DNA of 64,000 nucleotides from Patescibacteria group bacterium (GCA_052034495.1 JBPOIL010000001.1:14-64013), one strand, 5' to 3'; positions 1 to 8,825 are shown, counted from the stretch's first letter. Notes: generated by a model from the sequence alone, not told the origin. Numbers and translations: made by a program.

Positions 1-1136
1 TTCGCATCGATGTCCACCGGCTCGAAGCCAAAGGCATCGTTGCCGTACCACTTGCGCCCTGCTGCCCAGTTGACCATATCGCGTTGCTTGGTAGCGACGC
101 TGATGGGGTACACAGGGCCGGGGATCTCCCCGGACCTGACCGAACGCTTGTACTCGATGGCCGGCGAACCGGACTCCGAGCCACGCACCACGATGACGCC
201 CGCGGGCACTTCGATGCTGCGCGCACCATTCCACCGATCGGTCTTGACCGGCATCACGATTACGGGGTTGTCACCCGAGTCGCAGTAGCCGTAGACGTCG
301 CTGAGATCCCAGTGCACGTTGGCGCTGACTTCCTCCCGGATACGGTCCGAGAGGCTGTTGGCGTAATTGCCCGTGATGGCTGCGTCGAGGCGGTTCTTGC
401 CCTCGAAGCGACACTGGTGGACCTTCCCAGCGTCACCATTCCACTCGACGATGCTGTCGATGTGGACGCGCTTGCCTTCGCCGTCGCGGACAGCCGTCCA
501 CTTCCCCTTGCCTTCTCGCGAGGAGATGTAGGCGTAGGTATCGTCCAAGATGTCAGCCTTGGACGAGCCAGTGGCACGCTCACTCATGATCCGTTGGGCG
601 CCAGCCAGCGAGGCGGGGCGCTCTTCGAAACCACTTGCGAGGTAGTTCGTGGGCTTGCCGGCCACGATCTTGGCCGGACCAACGTCATGTCCACCCTCGA
701 GCAGCCGAGCAAGGATGCGCGGAGGCGCGTCCTTATCAGCGTACTCGATCGAGACCGAACGCACGAACGGCGCAGCCTCGAGCTTGGAGTCGGTTCCCGT
801 GACGAAGCCCGCAGGCATGGCCATCAGGATGAACGACACGCAAGCAACCACGGCGGTAACCGTGATCAACACGCCCGGCAAGGAATTCTCATCCTCGTCG
901 TATGACGTGAAGGCGGCAACGCCGAAGCAGATCGCCACCCAAATCAGGCTGAACACCTGACCGGAACGTGACATCGGCGACATGCCGACCTCGTAGGAGC
1001 GCCAGACGGAGTAACCCGCCTGCTCCCACATGAGCCCGGTGATAGCGGCGATGAGCCACCAGACCAGGGCAAGTGCGGCCAGGCCGCCGAACGCGATGAG
1101 GGTCGCGTAACCCAGTTTCTTCAACACGAAGATCAT
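1..1136 (-). CDS. hypothetical membrane protein (3 N-terminal TM helices + soluble domain), truncated at window edge; ~63% GC
   Basis: Manual rc translation from ATG at 1134-1136 (MIFVLKKLGYATLIAFGG...) stays open to position 1. RBS AAGGAGA lies just upstream. It is absent from the ORF track because it has no stop in the window. The listed 84..905(+) ORF is its antisense shadow. Confidence 0.55.
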   Translation of the reverse strand, partial: MIFVLKKLGYATLIAFGGLAALALVWWLIAAITGLMWEQAGYSVWRSYEVGMSPMSRSGQVFSLIWVAICFGVAAFTSYDEDENSLPGVLITVTAVVACVSFILMAMPAGFVTGTDSKLEAAPFVRSVSIEYADKDAPPRILARLLEGGHDVGPAKIVAGKPTNYLASGFEERPASLAGAQRIMSERATGSSKADILDDTYAYISSREGKGKWTAVRDGEGKRVHIDSIVEWNGDAGKVHQCRFEGKNRLDAAITGNYANSLSDRIREEVSANVHWDLSDVYGYCDSGDNPVIVMPVKTDRWNGARSIEVPAGVIVVRGSESGSPAIEYKRSVRSGEIPGPVYPISVATKQRDMVNWAAGRKWYGNDAFGFEPVDIDA

Positions 1137-1323
1137 TCTCCTTGTGGAGGTACGAGCGATTCGGTCGCCGACCGGGATGACGGATGTATGTCCGTCCCAT
1201 TGCGCTCTTCGATCCTAAGCAAAGAGAATGTATGGGACTCCTAGATAATTCCTGTATGATCCCCTAGTTTGATTTCGACGTTTAAGCCCAAATCGCCCGC
1301 GGGGATATTTTTTTGCGCCTATT

Positions 1324-1488
1324 TCACCACTCCCAGATCACGTAATTCATCCACCAGTAGATGGAAAACCACAGACCCGCTAGGAGCAGCATGATGGCGA
1401 CGATGATGGAAGGCCATCCAAAGTCTTTGCGGCGCAGGATTACCCGTGCGACTATCCACAAGACGGAGGCCAAGACCATGTAGCGCAT
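1324..1488 (-). CDS. small hydrophobic ORF (54 aa), hypothetical
   Basis: ATG..TGA ORF MRYMVLASVLWIVARVILRRKDFGWPSIIVAIMLLLAGLWFSIYWWMNYVIWEW. It is below the track length cutoff and flanked by 11-bp direct repeats. Confidence 0.2.
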   Translation of the reverse strand: MRYMVLASVLWIVARVILRRKDFGWPSIIVAIMLLLAGLWFSIYWWMNYVIWEW

Positions 1489-1842
1489 GTGCTACCTTTC
1501 ATAGACATTTTGGTGCAGCGAGAGCGTCGCTGCCACGCACAATAATAAGGAAATTGTCTTACCTGAGAGGTCTAGGATACCCCCTCATGTCAGGTCACGA
1601 TCCTAAGCGCGGCCGATAAACATGAGAGGAGAAACATTCAGTGCTTCTACCTAGACATTTAATAGCTTGTAATAAAAAGCCCGCTTGCTGGAGCCTTAAG
1701 GCTTGCTCCGTGGCGGGTGTTTTCGATACCTATAGCTATTCAAATGTTGAGAACCATTATAGGGCATTAGTTACGGTTTGTCAATACCCTTTTTTGAGGC
1801 TAAATTAAAGATTCTTTAAAAACTTTGCGTATTTATGGCAAC

Positions 1843-1882
1843 GAAAAGAGCCCTCGGCGCAGTGGCCTTGGGCTCTTTTGGA
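1843..1882. terminator. bidirectional rho-independent terminator (AGAGCCC...GGGCTCT flanked by A/T runs)
   Basis: Inverted repeat with a TTTT run on the plus strand and TTTTCGTT on the minus strand. Confidence 0.5.
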
Positions 1883-1895
1883 AATAAGTTCTGGT

Positions 1896-1945
1896 GTCGA
1901 GGGGCGGGGTACAGGAACTAGTCCTGACCCCGCCCCTGCCTCGAC
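1896..1945 (-). terminator. GC-rich inverted-repeat hairpin (GTCGAGGGGCGGGGT / ACCCCGCCCCTGCCTCGAC) immediately 3' of CDS 1963..2325
   Basis: Near-perfect 15-bp inverted repeat. The motif GTCGAGGGGYGGGGT recurs at 17321-17339. Confidence 0.45.
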
Positions 1946-1962
1946 CCGGCAGCAGGCCTACG

Positions 1963-2325
1963 CTAGGCGTAGATGAAGCTGCGGGAGCGGCCGGGCCACG
2001 GCTCGTCGGCGTCGTCCCATGGGGCGGAACGGCCGCTACGCCGCTTGGCGGCCTTCGTGGGCTTCTCGCCCTCGAAGATGCGCACCTGCCCCCCCTTGGG
2101 GGTCGGGTAGAACGGCTCGGCAACGGCCGGCTCGTTCACCTCGGTGAGGTCGATGACCTCGAGCCGAGCTCGGAGGAACCCGATGGTTCCGCCGAACGTG
2201 TCGTGACGGATGTCGTCACGGTTCCGGCAGTACCCGTGGCGCTTCTTCCGAAGCACGGTCTTCTTCCGCCGGCTGGAGCGCTTGTCGCGCTCCTGATCCT
2301 TGTTGCGCTCTCGAACTGCCTTCAT
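1963..2325 (-). CDS. hypothetical basic (K/R-rich N-terminus) protein, 120 aa, in a ~63% GC cassette
   Basis: Track ORF 1963..2403, trimmed to the internal ATG (MKAVRERNKDQ...) because a strong RBS GGAGGGG precedes it. It has its own promoter and two downstream hairpins. Confidence 0.5.
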   Translation of the reverse strand: MKAVRERNKDQERDKRSSRRKKTVLRKKRHGYCRNRDDIRHDTFGGTIGFLRARLEVIDLTEVNEPAVAEPFYPTPKGGQVRIFEGEKPTKAAKRRSGRSAPWDDADEPWPGRSRSFIYA

Positions 2326-2374
2326 GATCCCCTCCTGGAGATATAGGTATTGCACGGATAAAACAAGGACTATT

Positions 2375-2403
2375 ATCATACAGCATAAGCGCCATTTTGT
2401 CAA
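2375..2403 (-). promoter_or_regulatory. sigma70-like promoter TTGACA-17-TATGAT (minus strand) driving CDS 1963..2325
   Basis: rc of 2375-2403 reads TTGACAaaatggcgcttatgctgTATGAT. Confidence 0.5.
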
Positions 2404-2408
2404 TAGAT

Positions 2409-3302
2409 TTAGACGGTTTTTATGATTCTCTTAAATCGGCGGGCAATCTTGCTGCTCTGATCAAGTGCGTGCAAGTTCAGTACGTCAGGTCGAACACGCA
2501 CAAAGGCTTCTTTGGTGTGCATCTTTGGCTGGCCTGCCGTGTGTTTTAAATGCTGGCGGTAACCCTTATTATCTAGCTTGTCCAGGTACGAGAGTCCCCC
2601 ACTGTACACGCGAATGTTAGATTTAGGCCACACGTAATTCGGGAACGCCTCGGCAACATATGGGCTAGATTTAAGCAGCTCAAACCATATGTTCGCACCA
2701 TAAACCGGCTTCGCGAGCATGAGCCAATACGCCAAGTGTGGGTCGTTGGTGGCCATAACATCGCGTTGCCAATTTAGTCCAGCAGTGGTTAAGAACATAC
2801 CCAGGCTAAATCTGCAGGCCTTTTTATTACTGTTCTCCAACTGTCCCAGGAGCTTCAGGCCATACATCAAAATGCCCTTGGTAATGTAGATTCGGTTTGG
2901 CTTAGTAACGACCAGTAAATCAATGTCACTATCGGCTCGCACATTGCCAATCCCCGCACTGTTAACCACCACTACACACTTCACGAACGGCAAAAGTGCA
3001 AACAACCTACCCCAGCGCCGCGCTCTGGCTAGCAAAGCAGCCTGGCGGCGATTCGTTAACTCACGGTGGTGATACGTTTGGCCAGATAGTCTGTAAAACC
3101 CTCCGTTGTCCAGCTCCAACTTGCCGTCTTCGCATAATTGCCGCAGGGCCTCACGAATGGCCAAGTGGCCTGTTTTAATACCCAAGTAACTATTGGCCTC
3201 TGCTTCGCTCAGCGGCATGCCAAAAACTGCGTAATACGCCGCCAGCTGCAAAATGGCCTTCTCTACCCTACGCTCAGTCCGCTCTAGTATCCCCTCGGCC
3301 AT
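2409..3302 (-). CDS. nucleotidyltransferase (Pol-beta superfamily) domain protein
   Basis: Motif VVVVNSAGIGNVRADSDIDLLVV, a GS...DxD nucleotidyltransferase signature. Confidence 0.55.
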   Translation of the reverse strand: MAEGILERTERRVEKAILQLAAYYAVFGMPLSEAEANSYLGIKTGHLAIREALRQLCEDGKLELDNGGFYRLSGQTYHHRELTNRRQAALLARARRWGRLFALLPFVKCVVVVNSAGIGNVRADSDIDLLVVTKPNRIYITKGILMYGLKLLGQLENSNKKACRFSLGMFLTTAGLNWQRDVMATNDPHLAYWLMLAKPVYGANIWFELLKSSPYVAEAFPNYVWPKSNIRVYSGGLSYLDKLDNKGYRQHLKHTAGQPKMHTKEAFVRVRPDVLNLHALDQSSKIARRFKRIIKTV

Positions 3303-3305
3303 ATA

Positions 3306-4649
3306 CTAAGACTTCAGGATTTTCATAAGTTCTGTTACTTTTTCGGCAGTATAGGCCGCATCCTTTGATTCCACACTCAAGCGCAAAAGCGGCTCGGTAT
3401 TACTAGGGCGGACATTGAACCACCATTCAGGGTATTCAACCGTTAAGCCATCAAGCTCGTCCTGCACGCCGTCACTATAGGCCATGCGTAGCTCGCGTAG
3501 TTTTGCCTCGGTATCGCCCACCGGCATGTTGATTTCACCTGAATTACTGTAACTGCTTAACCGATCGACCATTTCAGATAAGCTCTGGCCAGACCGAGAT
3601 ACAATGTCGACCGCAACCATAGCAGCAATCAAGCCAGAATCCGCAAACCAGTTGTCTTTGAAGTAGTAATGAGCCGACTGCTCCACTCCTAGGACCGCGC
3701 CATGCTCGTGCATGAGGGCCTTGATGTTGCTATGCCCTACTCTACTGCGTACACCAATGCCCCCTAGGCGCTCAATGGTGTCGGGCATTATGTGGCTCGC
3801 GCGGGCGTCATACACAATCGTTGCCCCAGGCTTTAGTGCCAAGAAGTTCTCGATGAGCAACGCGCCCAAGATTCCAGGGTTAACCGGCCGAGCTTTGTCA
3901 TCAATTAACACAGCCCTATCCCCATCGCCATCAAAGGCAATGCCGACTTCCAGAGCCTTACTGCGCACGGCCTCAACCACATCGGTCAAACCTTCGGGTA
4001 AAGTTGGGTTGGCAGGATGATTCGGAAACGTACCGTCCAGCTCGGTAAACATCTTCTCAATCGTGAACGGCGTTGCTTCTTCGAGCTCGTTAAGCACCAC
4101 GCTAGCCATGCCGTTACCGGCATCAACCGCCATGTGAAGCGGCTTGAGCCTTGGTACGTCCACGAAGCTCAATACGTGCTTAATCCAGCCTCCCCGCACA
4201 TCTAGCTGCTCGTGCTTACCAAGCTTGGTCGTGGCCTTAAACTTCCCACTCTTCACAAGCTTCTTAATGTCACCCAGGCCCGTACGTTCGCCAATGGGCA
4301 CTACTCCCTTGCCACATAGCTTAATGCCATTGTACTTGCCTGGATTATGACTGGCTGTGACCATCGCGCCACCGGCTGCCTTCAGGCTACCAACCGCAAA
4401 GTAGACCATGTCAGTACTCACCAGGCCAATATCAATCACGTCGCGCCCCTGTTCTATGATGCCTTCTATAAGCGCGTGTTGGAGTGCTTCGGAGTCCGTG
4501 CGCATGTCTCGACCTACCACAACCTTGCCATCAGCAGGTAGTGAATCTGCCAGCGCGCGGCCGACCGCATGGGCCACCTCTGGGCTCAGTTCCTCGGGGC
4601 TGAGACCTCGAATGTCGTAGGACTTAAAGATTTCCTCAACAAACTTCAT
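3306..4649 (-). CDS. phosphoglucomutase/phosphomannomutase family protein
   Basis: TASHNPGKYNGIK active-site serine loop and DGDGDR Mg-binding loop. The track ORF was trimmed to the internal ATG (MKFVEEIF...) because its N-terminal extension enters unrelated high-GC DNA. TATAAT lies 7 nt upstream of the ATG. Confidence 0.8.
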   Translation of the reverse strand: MKFVEEIFKSYDIRGLSPEELSPEVAHAVGRALADSLPADGKVVVGRDMRTDSEALQHALIEGIIEQGRDVIDIGLVSTDMVYFAVGSLKAAGGAMVTASHNPGKYNGIKLCGKGVVPIGERTGLGDIKKLVKSGKFKATTKLGKHEQLDVRGGWIKHVLSFVDVPRLKPLHMAVDAGNGMASVVLNELEEATPFTIEKMFTELDGTFPNHPANPTLPEGLTDVVEAVRSKALEVGIAFDGDGDRAVLIDDKARPVNPGILGALLIENFLALKPGATIVYDARASHIMPDTIERLGGIGVRSRVGHSNIKALMHEHGAVLGVEQSAHYYFKDNWFADSGLIAAMVAVDIVSRSGQSLSEMVDRLSSYSNSGEINMPVGDTEAKLRELRMAYSDGVQDELDGLTVEYPEWWFNVRPSNTEPLLRLSVESKDAAYTAEKVTELMKILKS

Positions 4650-4689
4650 ATTTTCATTATAGCCGCACCAGATAAGAACCACAAATTGC

Positions 4690-4718
4690 TTGACAAGCGT
4701 TTTGCGTGGGAGCAAAAT
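4690..4718 (+). promoter_or_regulatory. sigma70-like promoter TTGACA-17-CAAAAT reading into the GC-rich island
   Basis: TTGACAagcgttttgcgtgggagCAAAAT. Confidence 0.35.
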
Positions 4719-4827
4719 ACCCCTAACGCCTAGAGGGTGTCCGGACCGAAAAATCCTGACGCTAACCCCCGAAGCCCGCTGACTGGCAGCCCAACCAGTA
4801 CCACACCGAGACACGAAGGAGCGCTCC

Positions 4828-4959
4828 ATGCGCAAGTTCAAGTTCGGTGGACAGAGCCACTCCCGGGACACCGCCGCGATCCGCGGTGCCCCGGAGTTCG
4901 CCCTCTCCACCCTCGCCATCCCGTCCGACGCCGTGACCCACGCCCTCGAGGGCGGCTGA
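4828..4959 (+). CDS. small ORF (43 aa) in GC-rich island, hypothetical
   Basis: ATG preceded by GAAGGAG RBS. Product MRKFKFGGQSHSRDTAAIRGAPEFALSTLAIPSDAVTHALEGG. Confidence 0.3.
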   Translation: MRKFKFGGQSHSRDTAAIRGAPEFALSTLAIPSDAVTHALEGG

Positions 4960-5111
4960 CCAAGCCGGTCGGCACCGAGACATCACCAGTCGCCCGACCA
5001 AGGCGACACCCAGATCGGCGCGGGGGTGGGCTTCGGCCCACCCCCGGCCAGTCGGCCATACCAAAGAGACCTAGCCTAAGTGCTGGGTCCTCATTCGTTC
5101 AAGGGAGAAAG

Positions 5112-5294
5112 ATGAGCACTTTTAGCGCATCACTATGGGAAAGAAGTCCTGGCGTGCGAATCAAAGACGGCGGAATGACCGTCGCGAACGTCCCATTCAA
5201 CCGCCAAGACACTGCAGATCGACTCGCTGCATGGATCAACAGGGAGGACCTCGAAACCGTCAACGATGGCTCCGAGGCCAAGCCAGCGGAATGA
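5112..5294 (+). CDS. small ORF (60 aa) in GC-rich island, hypothetical
   Basis: ATG preceded by AAGGGAGA RBS. Product MSTFSASLWERSPGVRIKDGG...EAKPAE. It is followed by a hairpin terminator. Confidence 0.35.
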   Translation: MSTFSASLWERSPGVRIKDGGMTVANVPFNRQDTADRLAAWINREDLETVNDGSEAKPAE

Positions 5295-5310
5295 AGCCCT
5301 CAGAGGGCAC

Positions 5311-5348
5311 AAAAAAAGGACCTAGCAATTACGCTGGGTCCTTCTTCG
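5311..5348 (+). terminator. hairpin terminator AAGGACC-N13-GGGTCCTTCTTCG (member of a repeated terminator motif family)
   Basis: Stem AAGGACC/GGGTCCTT then TTCTTCG, with an A-run on the other side. A similar element lies at 20635-20666 and a degenerate copy at 17247-17298. Confidence 0.5.
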
Positions 5349-5382
5349 TATATAGAAGAAGTTTATTGAAATTAAATTATTG

Positions 5383-5430
5383 CAAAAAAAACAGACCCTC
5401 CGTCCGGGCCCCGAAAGGTCCGGACGGCGA
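5383..5430 (-). terminator. strong hairpin + T8 terminator on minus strand (TCCGTCCGGGCC ... GGTCCGGACGG)
   Basis: 11-bp GC stem followed by TTTTTTTT on the minus strand. No minus-strand CDS lies upstream of it. Confidence 0.45.
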
Positions 5431-6688
5431 GCCATGGCAGCAACCGGCGCTGCAGCGTACCTCCGAGCGTTCCCGCGCTCGAGCCGCAATTCAGCCATGG
5501 GTGGCTGAAACAGGAGTTCGTACTCTCCTGCGCTCCTCGGGGGCCTAGGCCCGCGCCGAGAAGATTGTGGTCCCTGCACCCGATCGCTGGGCGGCGGCTC
5601 CACGCTTAGTCTGCTTCGGGAGCAGAGTCAGAAGCGCAACGCGGCCACCTTCTTGGGTGATTGCGTAAGGATCGACACGATTGCCCTAAGGCGCTCGATT
5701 GACCCCCGTGCATGTACGGGTGCAGGGACGTTTTGGACACCGAAGTGCCTCGAATCGTGAGCCCAGCTTAGGGGCGTCCGGGCTCTCGAGTGCCCTTCTT
5801 CCCCACAGCCGGCCAGCTGCTGGGACTCACGGTTTTGTGCGCAATTATGCGCATAGAGAGGACCCCTCCTCACACGCTATGATGCGGGGAGCTCACCCGA
5901 ATCATAGCGCTTGCTACTTTGCCGATTGATGGTCGGTGTTTTGCTGTGATTCGGGGGTAACTGTACACGGAGCCCAAGGGCTCAGCGTGTAGCGATGGAG
6001 CTCCCCTGGGCTGCTTGGGTATCAGGGACGTCGGCCCTCTACCTAGCGCGGTGGCCGGCCACCTGGCCCAGGGGGAGCAATTGTGCGCAGAGCCATTTAA
6101 GTCTCAACACGCGTCGAGAGGCCCAGCGGGTATTCGATACTAGTTTTGCTGACCACCTGGTGGGTGGGGCTCCACATATTGCGTACCGAGTTGGCCAACT
6201 ACCCCGCATGGGCACATCTTTACGAACTAATGCCTCAAGGAACTAAGCCGATTATATTCCCCGCGATAATTACCTGTCAAACGTAATCACTTTGCAGCTA
6301 ACCCGACCTTGGAGCAACAGGATCAATGAGTGCGAGACTTCAGCTTCGGCGAGGACTTAGCGTAAGCGATCCCGCAGCCGAATGCTCGTAAGTCGAAGCA
6401 TGAGACGAATCCTTGTTTGCGAACCCGTGGTCGGGAATACTTTTGACTACTTTTGGTATCTTCAAAAGTAGTAATACATAAAGCCATATTTCACTAAGTC
6501 ATTCGTTCTTTTGAAAGGGCCAAAAGAACCTAGAGCCCTTGCGACATAGGGCTCACATCAAGGAGTATCTGTTTGTTCTCGCCTATAATGTCGCTCCCAC
6601 TGCAAGTTTGAGGACTCTCGTGGTTAGCTCCGTCTAGGCTCTGAACTCCAGACTTCCTGATGTTCGAATGTCGCGGTTTCAGCGGCAG
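5431..6688. other. ~1.3-kb ORF-free region, GC-rich (5431-6250) then hairpin-rich (6250-6688); candidate structured ncRNA(s) or decayed genes
   Basis: No ORF longer than 85 aa in any frame despite ~60% GC. Perfect hairpins at 6445-6470, 6513-6537 and 6543-6565. Not classifiable by eye. Confidence 0.3.
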
Positions 6689-7744
6689 CTAGTAAAAGAG
6701 TTCTTTCTTAATTTTGAACGAATAGGTCGTCGCGAGCCGTTCACCATACTTGGTCCACTTATCATACTTAGCTCGGTCAATTGGTAGATTGTAGACCCCA
6801 ACGTATTCGGTAACTTCTGGGTTAAAGCCAGATTTGAACTGCACCAAGCTCGCAAGCGGGTGCGCTTTGTTCTCGAGTTCACTTTTGGGCGGCATGCCGT
6901 GCAGGTCGTACTCCTCCACTCCGCGCTCCTTAAGCCACTTCATGACTTCCCACTGCATCAAATACGGCGCCATTAAGTTCGTTTTACTACGCGTCGAGCC
7001 GCCGTCCTTATATAGCCCCTTTTTGCCCAGATACAGAGCGAATAGTCCCGAAAGAACCTCCCCTTCGTGCTCAGCAAAGAACAACTGCCCCATGCCACCG
7101 TCCACGTACGCCCTCCAGAAGCTTTCCAAGTAAGACTGGTCGCGCATATAGAACCCAGCGCGGCCCTGTGTAGCCTTAAGCAGCCCGTACATGGTGTCCA
7201 TATTCTCTTTGTTTAGCTCCACCGGTCGAACCGTAACGCCTTTGCGCGCAGCGAGCCGGATGTTATAGCGAGTCTTCTGCTTAAAGCTGGCGATAATATC
7301 GTCCTCACCAGGACGTAAATCAACCAACGTGGTCGATTGGTTCCACTGCAGATTAAACCTTGATTTAACCAACCCGAGCTTTTCCAGCCTAGCCTTCGAC
7401 GCATCCTCCATGAGCAAATCTGGTTCAATTTTGACCATGAAAACACCTTTGTTCTTCACGTATTCACCCACTAAACCAATGAGCTCTTTGAGCTGGGTAA
7501 TGTCTTTTACACCTGGTCCTTTTGGGGTATACCAGATTTCGCCAAGCATCGGCACCTTGCGGGTTAGGAAGGCAACTTCGATCTTCGCACCATCCTTGAG
7601 CTCGGCCACAGCGTAATGCGCCGGCCATTTATGGGTAGCCTTAAAGTCCCCGTATGCCCTGGTCTGTAGTATGTTCCCGCCATCAGGGTTATTGATAATG
7701 TCTTTGTCCCAGGCATTGAGCTCGTCAATTGTTGCTTGGTGCAT
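6689..7744 (-). CDS. FemAB-family peptidoglycan interpeptide-bridge aminoacyltransferase
   Basis: FemAB-like C-terminal pattern (LYLGKKGLYKDGGS...LMQWEVMKWLKERGVEEYDLHGM...FKSGFN). Confidence 0.65.
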   Translation of the reverse strand: MHQATIDELNAWDKDIINNPDGGNILQTRAYGDFKATHKWPAHYAVAELKDGAKIEVAFLTRKVPMLGEIWYTPKGPGVKDITQLKELIGLVGEYVKNKGVFMVKIEPDLLMEDASKARLEKLGLVKSRFNLQWNQSTTLVDLRPGEDDIIASFKQKTRYNIRLAARKGVTVRPVELNKENMDTMYGLLKATQGRAGFYMRDQSYLESFWRAYVDGGMGQLFFAEHEGEVLSGLFALYLGKKGLYKDGGSTRSKTNLMAPYLMQWEVMKWLKERGVEEYDLHGMPPKSELENKAHPLASLVQFKSGFNPEVTEYVGVYNLPIDRAKYDKWTKYGERLATTYSFKIKKELFY

Positions 7745-8713
7745 CTAGACTACCTTCTTTAGCAATGAATATAGCTTGTACTTGCTAGCCTTGAGTGGAA
7801 TATCCCAGGTGCCGACTGAACTTACTGTGTCGCCGCCAACTGACTTCTTGAACTTCGTGTGTCCTGCCCAGGGGTGACTCGCTGGCGCGCCTTCGGGCGC
7901 CACACCACCGTAGTCAAAAGCCTTGAGCCACTTGGCCTGCGCGTCCATTATCATCCACCACAGCAGCGCCACCGCTGCTTTGTGCTTATTATTAAGCTCT
8001 GGATATGTGCCAGCAAACACATAGTAGCGCGTGCCGCCAAAGTCGATGCAAATTGCTCCAGCAACTTTTTGATTTTCATATTCTGCAAAATACAGTTTGG
8101 CGGCTCCAGTGGGCATAAGGCTCTTTGCCATAGTGTGATAATAACTATCTGGTTGTGGGCTCCAACCAGCACGCTCGGCGGTAGCGCGCTGCATAGCCAC
8201 AAACTCATTCATGTCCGACTCGTCACTGCTAATTACGAACTTAAGCCCGCGCTTAGCAGCCGTATTAATTAAGTTACGATTGCTCGGCGACATACCATGA
8301 CGAATGTCCTGCTCGCTTTGAGTAATATCGAGGATCATCCGGTGCGCCGGCTGCATGTCAGCCACACGCTTGGCCCCCAACTTACGCAAGCTTGCTTCGC
8401 CAACTTCCAGCCTCATCGGCTCAAAGCGCACAAAGTCTACATTATGAATCTTACCGGCATCGCACAAACTTTTTAGCGCTGTGCGCAAACTCTTACCGTC
8501 GACCGCAGTTGGCCCATAGGCTGCATACAGATACTTGAATCCTAGTCGTCCATTACGAATCGCTGCCTGCCATTGCCAGCCATCGCCTTCACCCAACAGC
8601 ACCTGGCGATCCTGCCCGTTTTGGAATTCTGCCCAAAGAGAAGACTGGAACAAATGCCCACCCTTTCTAGCAAGGTTCTTGTCCCAGTCTTTTGGTAGTT
8701 CTACGAGCGTCAT
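7745..8713 (-). CDS. FemAB-family peptidoglycan interpeptide-bridge aminoacyltransferase (tandem paralog)
   Basis: Pattern YYVFAGTYPE...ALLWWMIMDAQAKWLKAFDYGGV...HTKFKKSVGG. Stop/start abuts the downstream paralog. Confidence 0.65.
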   Translation of the reverse strand: MTLVELPKDWDKNLARKGGHLFQSSLWAEFQNGQDRQVLLGEGDGWQWQAAIRNGRLGFKYLYAAYGPTAVDGKSLRTALKSLCDAGKIHNVDFVRFEPMRLEVGEASLRKLGAKRVADMQPAHRMILDITQSEQDIRHGMSPSNRNLINTAAKRGLKFVISSDESDMNEFVAMQRATAERAGWSPQPDSYYHTMAKSLMPTGAAKLYFAEYENQKVAGAICIDFGGTRYYVFAGTYPELNNKHKAAVALLWWMIMDAQAKWLKAFDYGGVAPEGAPASHPWAGHTKFKKSVGGDTVSSVGTWDIPLKASKYKLYSLLKKVV

Positions 8714-8749
8714 AGGCCTTATTGTAGCAGAGTGCTAGCTGTATAAGCC

Positions 8750-8778
8750 ATTGACTGGGCTAGCTTTTTGTTGTAAAG
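8750..8778 (+). promoter_or_regulatory. sigma70-like promoter TTGACT-17-TAAAGT
   Basis: TTGACTgggctagctttttgttgTAAAGT, upstream of the GC-rich small-ORF operon. Confidence 0.4.
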
Positions 8779-8825
8779 TCTTGTCAACCCAAAATCTGGG
8801 TAGTTCAATGGAGGGAGTACCCACA

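Noticed and set aside
84-905. 273-aa plus-strand ORF in the ORF track
   Set aside because: It lies antisense to the partial minus-strand membrane-protein gene (1..1136). It has a low-complexity R/D/G/V-rich composition and no RBS, the typical spurious long ORF in high-GC DNA.
4650-4919. N-terminal 90-aa extension of the pgm/pmm ORF (track 3306..4919)
   Set aside because: The extension runs into unrelated GC-rich DNA and a plus-strand promoter. The conserved PGM/PMM N-terminus (MKFVEEIFKSYDIRG) begins at the internal ATG at 4649.
4737-5294. 185-aa plus-strand ORF across island C
   Set aside because: The first ~125 aa are Pro/Arg-rich junk typical of GC-rich read-through. Only the last 60 aa (5112..5294), which have their own RBS, look like a plausible gene.
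5380-5800. Possible RNase P RNA (GAAAGGTCCGG...CCATGGCAG resembles the P4 region GAAAGUCCGGGCUCCAUAGGGCAG)
   Set aside because: The downstream universally conserved elements (GGUAACGCC, GGUAAGAGCGCACC, ACAGAAnCCGGCUUA) are not found at appropriate spacing. The similar segment is better explained as the 3' arm of the terminator hairpin at 5396-5427.
5440-6250. tmRNA or SRP RNA in the ORF-free GC-rich stretch
   Set aside because: There is no tRNA-like 3' end (GGTTCGA...CCACCA), no tag-peptide reading frame ending in AA-stop, and no SRP domain IV GGAA tetraloop motif. Only a generic structured-RNA candidate is reported.
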